From the NCBI RefSeq assembly GCF_036321535.1, contig NC_087436.1, forward strand, positions 19,656,001 to 19,720,000: a stretch of DNA of 64,000 bases, given 5' to 3'. The position numbers and the translations under genes are program-made. The notes beneath the pieces are model-generated. The model was not told the origin of the DNA. It saw nothing but the letters and a program-made list of their open reading frames with translations, and ran no database searches. This DNA comes from Camelus dromedarius (lineage: Eukaryota). Below, piece by piece: positions 54,668 through 64,000 of this stretch; position 1 is the first letter of the stretch; each line of letters opens with the position of its first letter.

Positions 54668-55030
54668 TGTTGATGGTCAATTTGATGTCGTCTTGGTGAG
54701 GCTGTGGTGCCCAGTTGTTTGGTCAAACACTGGTCTAGATGTTGCCATGAAGGCATTCTGTAGATGTGATTAACCTTTCTAATCAGTTGACTTGAAGTAA
54801 AGGAGATCGATCACGCTGGATAATACAGAAAGATAATACTTTCGTCAGCTGAAGGTCTTAAGAGCAAAGATTAAGTTTTCCTGACGAAGAAGGAATTCTG
54901 CCTCAAGACTAACAGGGAGCTCCTGCCTGAGTTTCCAGCCTGCTGGCCTGTCCTGCAAATTTCAGATTTTCCAGCCCATACAATCCTGTGAGCCAATTTT
55001 TAAAAATAAATCTCACCCTCCCTCTCTCCC
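54668..55030 (+). mobile_element. MLT2-type LTR, partial
   Basis: GTGCCCAGTTGTTTGGTCAAACACTGGTCTAGATGTTGC...GTGAGCCAATTTTTAAAAATAAATCTC; visibly similar to the copy at 13593. Confidence 0.8.
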
Positions 55031-55877
55031 TGAAACCTACACGAAAGCGGAGGGAGGAGGATATTTCATAGAGGTCATGGCCAGCGCTATCCAACCGCCA
55101 GACGCCCTAGAGGCCAAGATAAGGAGCAAAAGAAATGCTATCAAACCAAATGGACATTTAAACTCTAGAGTATTAAATTTTTTTTGAAGTATTTCAAGAC
55201 ATTATTATCACCTCCACACCTTGATCACTGTCACCCCTTGTTCTTAAGATTGCAAATTGAACCGTTGTCCTCTCGGGTCTGAGTTCCTGACAGAATTTGT
55301 CCTTCTCTGTAACCCTGATGGTTCCTCCTGGGGCCAAAGGATGTAAAAGTGAATTAACTTTGCCTCAATCTTCTCTTTCATCACCTGTAACTTATGAGAC
55401 ATAAAGCATCACTATTTCCTTCTTCTTTTCAGATCTGCCCTGTTTTTTGTTTTTTTTCTCTCTTTTGCTCCCATTGGCATTACTGCAACCTGACCCTCCC
55501 TTCAGCCCTCATGTGGGGAGCTTTGAGGCTCAGCAGAACTTGAGGGTTGGTGGCAGTGTGGGTGTACCCCGGGGGCCTGAGGAGCCTGCTGGGGAAGATG
55601 TGTGGCCCAGGGACAACCCCTCAGGTTCAGAGGGAGGGAGTTGCAAGGATGTTTGGTGTCATTCTCTCCCTCCATCCCACTCCAACATCACCCTGGTGCC
55701 GGAGTCCTCGGGAGAGAGAAAAGACTCAAAGGACCTTTGTCACAACCTTTCTGGGGCTCTGGAAATCCAAAGCAAACCTCAGCTTTGGGAAAATGTAGCC
55801 AAATAATGTAGAAGGTGCTGTGAAGGAGGCCAGTAACTTTATTACAGAACAGGGAAGCTTGGCTTTTGTAGATTTCA

Positions 55878-56305
55878 AGCGGCAGGGAACTGACACATTT
55901 GAACAACCAGCTCTCTGGAAAAGAAATAAATAAAAGCCCAAATGTGTAGAACTTGCTTATGTTCACGGTGTGAACATTCCCAGCATGGCCCATTTCTGGC
56001 TACTAAAGTGACATCATTAAACACGGAGCTGGGAGAAGATAGACAGACTTTGGCCCCCCTCACATAATCTTTTCACTATACTGATTCAATAGAGGCGAGG
56101 AAACATTACGAACATACATCATAGTAAAATAATTAGGACGTGATGAGTTCTGGGTATTTATTGCTTTTGTTTGTAATATGTTTAATTGCAAGTTTATATA
56201 ATTTAGATTTTAATAATGCCTGTGTTGAACAACCCCAGGCCAAATTCCTGAATCTGTCACCACCAGCTGCTGTCAGCCTGTCTGCGCGGCTCCAACCCAA
56301 CTGCT
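55878..56305. mobile_element. MER63-like hAT element
   Basis: AACAACCAGCTCTCTGG...GTAAAATAATTAGGACGTGATGAGTT...TGTGTTGAACAACC...GCGGCTCCAAC. Confidence 0.7.
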
Positions 56306-59300
56306 GACTGACTCAGGGCCCCAGAGCACAGCCCACTTGGGGCATCTGGGGCCCAGAGCACCAGCAGCACCCAGAGTGGAGGCTCAGACAGCTCTTGATG
56401 CACAAGGTTTGCAATGGGGAATATTTACCGAGTTTAACCTGAAACACTCCTGAGCCCAGTCAGCTGCCACAAGTCCCCACTTTTCATTCATCTCTGTGAA
56501 TGTGTGCTTTGTTATTTCTGCCCTATGACAGACCCACAACACTGGGGCAAGCTCTAGGAAATCTTCCTGCATTTCATTAGCAATTCCTCCTTTTGGCCAA
56601 TCTTTCTTTTATTTGACTGCCTTTACCTACCAAAAAATGCCTAGCAACCTTTGCTCCTGTCTCCTAAATTCCTTTGGCTATAGTTTATCTCATTTTTATA
56701 CCTTGCTGTCTTATTTTTCTGAAGTGAGGTTTTTATTATTTTTTTCTTATTAAGAAAAAGCAATCATGCATTTATTTCAGGGAAAAATGAGAAAATATAG
56801 TTAAATAAAAAAATGCATAAAGCAAACCTCCCCACTAAAAGAGAGAACATTCTTAATATTATTACCTGTGTTTTCCTGTATCCAGATGACTCCAGGGCCA
56901 CGTCCCTGAACTTGTCTCACTTTTGAAAAGTTTCATTCCACCTTGAGGACCGTTCCTACATGGGGAGGGTGTTTATGTCTTTTTGGGGGGCAGGGGGTAA
57001 GAGCAAAGTTTCATAGATCCTCTTCATTCATACATTATGTAAACTAAAGAGAGGTTATCTTCCTCCTCCCACTCCAATAGTCCGCCTGTTTCTTCCATTC
57101 CTTTAGCATCTTCATTCATTTGGGGCCTTCCTCCATGCGCCAAGGGGCGAGCTTCTTGGGAAAGGCCCACTCTATGGTACTTTGACAATAGTGTTTCTCT
57201 CTTCTCTAACACCCCCAGAGCCACGTTTTCTAGGCCCCAATGCCAGCACACAGAGGGCTTTGCTGTCTGTCTGTGATCATGCCTTTCTGACTGTCAGGGC
57301 AGTTCTGAGCTTCGGGGAGGAAGGATGGCTCCTCACTGTGCCCTTCCATGCTTGGTAACACCCATATTTCTATTTTCTGCTTGGACAAGAGAATTTTTCC
57401 CTTTAAAAGGAGGATCCTGGATCCATAGTATCCAATAACGCGGATTTCCTTTCTAAGAGAAAGAACAGAGAGAGAAAGGTACACGGTGATTAAAGAGTTC
57501 CGTGGCGACAGCTCCCTGGAGAGAAACACAGGTCTTGCTTTGGCAGCGCTGTCCTCCAGGAAGGAGCTTCGTGGACAAGCTGTGTCGCTTGCTTCAGTCC
57601 CTGTCTGAGCCAGGATGGGATTGGCACGTTGCCGTGTTGAAATTGGCTCCACACCTTGTTGAAGTGGGCAGCCCGCCATGCTAATTGATGGGTATGAGTG
57701 CAGACATGCTGAAGAACCAGTGTGCACGTCAGATCGGAGTGGGAGAAGGATTTCAGGCCAGAAATATCAAATATTGTGCAGAGATCCTGTGCCAGGGAGA
57801 GAGGGAAGATGGTATCCTTGTGACTGCTGCAGCCCCGAGTTGGGTTTATTTTTAAATGCCCCATATAGCTGAAAAGACAAGGAAGGTGTGGGTCTGAGGA
57901 GGAGCAGGAAGGGGCAAGGTTATTGACTTTCAAAAGATATAGCTATTATCTGCCAGTTGGGGTGCAAGATGGTTTTTTATCCAAAAAGCTGTGTCTTGAT
58001 TAGAGTGACTTTCAAGCTGTGTACTTTGGGCAGATACATAGAAATCAGAGCCACTACATGGTTTCCAGGTTAATCACACTGGGGACTGCTCAGGGTGGAT
58101 GCTGATAACTGCTCTCTCCTCTTCCTGCTTGTCCTTGATGCCCCAGCCACCCCAGGGAATCAACCCTCTCTGCAGCAAGTACGTCCAGCGGGCCCACAGC
58201 ATAGGTAGCCATCAACCCTATCCTCTTGTCAATTACATATCGGTCCTCCCCATTGGCGGACAGCTCAGTAACACCCCACTTTTAGTGTGGAAAAGAGAAA
58301 CTTGACAACATTAGGATAAGAAAGACTTTGTGAAGGGTTCTGAATGGATGTTAGCATAGACTACCCTTGCTTCCCTCTACTGCTGGCAATAGACAGCAGT
58401 CTATTTGCCTTCTAATTGCCTAGTGATAAACAGCCTAGGAGAAAATTAAGGGAGATTCAGGTGAAAATTAACACTTAGTAACAGAGATAGTGGGTCATCA
58501 GATGCAGGACCTAGTAAGTGACAACTACACGGAGAACTGGTAGAGATGAAGTTTGTACCTCAATGTAGCTGTATGTCCCAGGATAACATATAAAGTCAAA
58601 TATAAAGCTTTGATGAAACTTCAAGAAAGCACCTTTCTGAAGACTTTAAAAGCACACCCTTTACAGTAAACTACACATATTTCAAATGTACAATTTGATG
58701 AATTTTGATAGAATAAAACCAATGAAACCAATGAAAGCACTACCACAATCAGGATAGCTAACATTTCCATCACTCCCCAAGAGGTGCAATTTTCGAATTC
58801 CCAATTTACCCCTTCTGTAAATTACTGTACAGGAACCATACCACAATAAAGGTGTTAAAAATTGCATCTCATGATTTTATCCTTTTATCAATGTTGAAAA
58901 TATCTTCGCAGGTTTAAAATTACTTTTTTTTCCATGCACTGTTTATATTTTTAAGCCCTTTTTTTCCTACTGGGTGTTGAACTTGGTCTTATTTTTTTTG
59001 TGAGTCCTCATTACATACTAAGTTAAAGACATTGGCCTGTGATTAAACACGCACACACAAAAATAAAAACACATCCTTTGAATTGTTGCAACATTATTTG
59101 AATTGAATGCCAACGAGCCAGAAAGTGGGCCTGTCAGTTCAGTCCCCATCAGCTTTTGGACTGATTTCATTTTATTAACAGTTGAATTTTTGCACAGAGT
59201 AGGAATTGAAGAAGCCACTGCTCTGAGCCTGATTTTACATCATCTCTTCCTTCCTGATTGTAAAAGTGTTTCATGTTCTTTTAACACTGAAACCATAAAG

Positions 59301-60504
59301 TTAATATAAAAAATTACACCAGTGGTCAAACAAATGTAGTCGTGTTCAACTCACTTTTAGTTTCTCCTACTTTTTTTTTTTTGTATAGCATCTTTAAAAA
59401 GTCAACTTAAAAAAAAAAACAGCTAAAATCAGGATAGGGTGATGAGAATGAGGCCAAAAGCTTCTTTATCTCAGCTAAATTAAAATTACTAAAAATAAGT
59501 TTATTTTGATTGTACCAAAAGATCCTGATTATTCACTTGAAACCAATGGAAATCATTGAATTTGGGAAAAAACAAACAAAAGAAAACCTTTTGGATTATA
59601 CTTAAAGATGGTACTGAAAGAACAGGAAGAAGTCAGTGGATTGGACTGCATTTATTGAAAGGTAAGCAAAATCATTTGAATTTAATGATTCTAATGTCGT
59701 CTAATGATGGATGTGGTCTAAGCTTCTTGCATAGAAAGTGTATCCATAATTCCCAACAGTGCTCATTAGAATGACGTATATGTGTGCATATTTCCTCATC
59801 TGGATTCAAATCACATGGACATTTGATCAGTCCAATCAGCTTTCTTGACTGTCTTAGAGAATGTGTTCATACAAACAGCACAGTTCACAAGGAGCTTTGA
59901 AAAGTTCCAGCTCAGTCGGAATGACAGGGAATTTTTCAAGCCTTTTCTCTTCATGGCTAATTAAACATCGGGGAGTTGGGGGGTGGGGGGCCGGGTCATT
60001 TTCCTCCTGAGGTATCTCCATGTAATTTGTTAATTTATCTTGCCTGATAACCTTGAAAATTCTAATTCCGCGATTACCTCTGACATTCCAAATGCTCAGA
60101 TTGGTGTACTGGCTGGCTTTTCCTTTTATGACTTCTTCTGAAACAGGAGTGGCGCGTGATTGATTACTCAATCAGGTTTGAGTGTTTTCCTTCACAATCC
60201 TGAGATACTCAGCAGCCAATTCTGCGCAGAGTAAGAAACGATTTCTTGTCCCCTAAATTCTCCACGGTGATGAACTCAGTGGTCAGTGGTCACGTACAGT
60301 GTTTTTCAGACACACCCTGTTGGATTCACCAGTGTCTGTTCTCTGCAGTTTCATCCATGAATTTCCTGAACCTGACCTGACCTGACCTAGTAGCAGCTCG
60401 GGCCACCAGCTCATGGGGTCTGTGATTACCTTGTAACTACATACGGTCTGGAATTCTGGGAGTGAATTGTTGGTACCTGAGACCCACTGAGTGGGTTCCT
60501 CTTT

Positions 60505-60952
60505 GTGTGTGTTTCCTAGGGCTGCCTTATCAAAGTGCCAATACATAGGTAGCTTAGAACAACATACATTTACTATCTCACAGTCCTGCAGGTTAGAAGC
60601 CCAAGATAAAGGTATTGGCAGGGCCATCCTCTCCGTGAAACCTGAAGGCAAGGATGCTTCCTTGCCTCTCCCAGCTCAGGTAACCCCAGGCATCCCTTGG
60701 CTTGCGACAACATGTCTCCAGTTTTTACGTGGAGTTCCCCTTATGTCTCATCATGTAGTCTGTGCATATTTGTGTTTGTATCCAAATTTTCCCCTTTCAT
60801 AAAGACACCAGTCATACTGGATTAGAGCTCACCCTAATGACCTCACCTTAACTTACTACATCTGCAAAGACCTTATCACTAAATAAGGTCACTTTCTGAG
60901 GTACTGGGCATTAACCTGCCAATACATCTTTTTGACACAATTCAACCCATAA
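60505..60952 (-). mobile_element. MLT1C/D-like LTR
   Basis: GTTTCCTAGGGCTGCC...GACACCAGTCATACTGGATTAG...AATAAGGTCACTTTCTGAGGTACTGGG...ACAATTCAACCCATAAC. Confidence 0.8.
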
Positions 60953-61178
60953 CTCTCCCTCTCGACCCTCCACCGTGCCGGCCCAGTTCCTCTGTTTTCA
61001 TTCTACAAATATGTTTAATGGGGTAACTACTATGGGCCACACACTGGTGAGGCACCAGATGCAGAGCAGTGAAGAAGACCAGTGAGGTCCTGCCCTCATC
61101 AAACTTGCATCGGAACACAAGGCAGACAATAAACAAAATGCAGTATGGGGTAGAATCTATGGATAAAGTGAACAGGGT

Positions 61179-61234
61179 GAAATTAACACAACACTGTAAA
61201 TCAACTATACTCCAATTAAATAAGTAAATAAATA
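61179..61234 (+). mobile_element. Very short L1 tail inserted in an L2 fragment
   Basis: GAAATTAACACAACACTGTAAATCAACTATACTCCAAT plus A-rich tail; TSD AACAGGGT. Confidence 0.75.
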
Positions 61235-61569
61235 AACAGGGTCACTGATTGGGAATAACAAAGACAGGTGAAGATACTGCTTTAGAAAAGAAGTGAATGA
61301 AGGGCAGGAGTGGCCCCATCTTTCTTCATAGTTTGGTTTTTAATTGCTTCTTATGAGACACCACAGAAATTTTCCTTTATATGTAACTTCATGTGAATTG
61401 TCTTTTTATTACAATCCAGAGTACTAACTAATACAAGTCTATTGCCCCATTTTACAGATGAGGAAACTGAGGCTTGGATGAGTTAAATAATTTGTATGAG
61501 ATCACATGGTCCATAAATGGTGGAGCAAAGATTTAGATCTGGGTCTGGGAGATGCCAAAAAATTTCATT

Positions 61570-62960
61570 ACACACCCTGTAGACTTCTTACAGCTTTAGA
61601 CCCAGCTATGTGCTATTTCTATGAAACATACTTAAAGCAAACTCTCACTGGTTATACATAAAAAGTTGGCAAATATATGTCAGCCAAATGTAAACTACAC
61701 AGCACATAAAAACATATTTGTCAAAAATATAGATTTTAATGAAGAAATCATTAATGTAATGTGAGATATTTAATATTGACTTAAAAATACAATACACAAA
61801 GAAGATAAGAGAGCCAAGAACTGTTTTGTTCTACATATCAGTGATCAAAAAACATAAAAACCAGAAAGTTAGAAATGCAAGGAGAATTGTCAAAACCACA
61901 ATCATAGTGGGAGAATCATATCTCTAAAATTTGGCAGGTCAAGTAGTCAAAATCTATAACATTATATAGAATTTGAATCACAAACAAATAATAAGCAAGG
62001 CAAGATCTAAAAACAATGTATTATTTCCAAATCCCCATGGAATATTTAAAAATTTTATTATGTATAAGACCATGAAGAAAATCTCAATAAACTCCAAATA
62101 TTATATGCAGCCACCTTCTCTGATCATTATGCAAAAAAACTGATGTTAAGAACAAAATACATCTAAAATAAATCTAACTACATAGGAGAGAAAGTCTATT
62201 TTAGTTATTCTTTAAAATAAAAAAAAGAACTGTTCAGAATGAGGTGCATCTATGTGTGTGGCCATAAATATATCTCCAAGTTACATTAAATTAAAATAAT
62301 ATTGGTTATAAAGCAGTATATAGAGCAATTTAATTTTATATATTTAAGAGGATTTTCATATATATTATATTAAATACTTAATTTTTTTCCTGGAAGAATG
62401 CACCTGAAATTGTTGACATTGGCTATCTTGAGAGAAAGAGGATAATGGTCAGAGGTAGGGAGGGGAATTTATAGAGAATTTAAGTCACACACAATTAACA
62501 AGCTGTCCAGTATACAAAATTACACAGTCTTTCCAAATCCCTAATGAATATTTTTTAAACTTTATTATGTAGCTGGCCATGCAGAAAACTTAAATAACTT
62601 CCAAATACTATATACAGAGCACGTTTTTTAAATGAATTGAACATAACATACACAGTCGAACATAGATTGTACATAAAAGAAAACCAGGGACCAAATTCAT
62701 TTAATATCAATAAACATATCCCAAATAAAATATTAACAAACAGAATACTGAGCAGCATACTGAAAATATGCTACACCATGACTAAGTGGGGTTTGTTTCA
62801 AGAACATAAGAATACTCCAGTATTTAGAAATCTTTAAAATGTAATTTCCCATATTACTGCATATAAGGAGAAAAAACATATGATTATTTCCACAAATGCT
62901 CAAAACATTTGATCAAGTTCAAATATATTATGGACCGGATTCTTAACAGATCAGGAGTAG
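61570..62960 (+). mobile_element. Ancient, fragmented L1 ORF2 region
   Basis: CCACAATCATAGTGGGAGA (endonuclease region), KILTNRI-like peptide, ACCATGACTAAGTGGGGTTT; A-rich strand bias. Confidence 0.7.
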
Positions 62961-63215
62961 ATAGATTGTTGTTCAACATTATTATTTATCTATGTGTCTA
63001 GAGGTACAGGTAATAGACATAGATGTCTTTCCTCCAAAAACAAGGGCCAGACTCAGTTACTGGAACTGAACGGGCACCTCTAAGGTTTACCAGCTAGATA
63101 GGAGGCCACATTAGCAGGACCATCAACTTGTTCTTCCGACTGATGAAGGTCCCCTGTGGGTCTCCCCAGCAATTGTAAACAAAACTTCCTTTCCAGGGCA
63201 CCACGTACATTCTCA

Positions 63216-63870
63216 GGATTGTACTTTTTGTGTGCAAGTCAGGCATTAACTTGCCTCCCTTCCCAGAATATGGTGTCTCGCACTTTTGAGGGTGTCACAA
63301 GAGACCTTCAAACGTTTAAGGACACACCATGAGTAGATCGTATCGCCTTCAAATGGCTGCAGAGACCTCTCCAAAATGAGGCTACCCTTGGTTACTTGGG
63401 GTTGCTTCTCAGGTAGGTATCTCCTTAGTTGCGCACACTTTGTAGATAATAATCTCTATAATAGGGGCTAAGAATGATGCAGTTAGTAAAGGTAGTATAA
63501 CGTTTGTCCTTTACTTTAGCTGAAGTCATTGATGACACCACCTGAGCCCTGCAAGGCATTTAGTCAGACCTGTTATGGGTGATAGAACTGCCGTAAACTT
63601 CCTTATCACAGGCCGAGGAGAAACCTGTGCCATCGCTAATATATTCTGCTGTACCTACAGCAATGCCAGAGCCAAGTGGAAAGGTCAGTGCTGAAACTTA
63701 GGGAGAAAGCCACCTGGCTTTCTAAGACAGACCCTGACATTTTATGAGATTCGTTAAGCTGGTTGGCCTGGCACTCTGGGTAACATGGCTGGAGTCAGCA
63801 CTGCGGGCTGCCCTCATCCTGCTGCTTGGAATCCTGTTACTAGTAGCCTTAACTGTAGTAACTTCATAGT
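63216..63870 (+). pseudogene. Degenerate class I (gamma-type) ERV env remnant, SU C-terminus plus TM
   Basis: Collinear fragments across frames: GLYFLCASQALTCLP (63216), QLVKVV*RLSFTLAEVIDDTT*ALQGI (63480), ISD-like LVRPVMGDRTAVNFLITGRGET with CAIANIFCC = CX6CC (63626-63652), QVERSVLKLREKATWL (63673), hydrophobic anchor AALILLLGILLLVALTVV; stops and frameshifts present. Confidence 0.85.
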
Positions 63871-64000
63871 AGCCTCGTAAGTGCTGTATGGGACAGACTC
63901 AATGGATTTGGTCCCAGCCTTCACCAGTCAGATAACTGAGAGTAGCCAGTGAAGTGGCGTACTGATGGGAAAATTCTCCAGAAGCCTAAATCATATAAAA

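Noticed and set aside
63216..63870. Syncytin-like functional env gene
   Set aside because: Multiple in-frame stops and frameshifts; no intact ORF

Overview
Mammalian genomic DNA, very likely camelid (inferred from four Vic-1-type tRNA-derived SINEs). One protein-coding gene is supported: LSM6 on the minus strand. It has a CpG-island promoter and non-coding exon 1 near 31.7-31.8 kb, and three coding exons (24434-24527, 20995-21108, 18577-18611) that splice via GT-AG into an intact 80-aa Sm-like protein, which is absent from the ORF track. The rest is intronic or intergenic DNA dense in repeats: SINEs, L1 fragments with target-site duplications (TSDs), L2/L3/MIR, MLT/ERV LTRs and hAT-type DNA transposons. 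Repeat family names are from recalled consensus resemblance, not a database search. The most notable non-genic items are a decayed gamma-type retroviral env at the right edge, a 526-bp solo LTR with a 4-bp TSD and four tandem CCAAT boxes, and several small local duplications. I found no convincing evidence of a new biological system.
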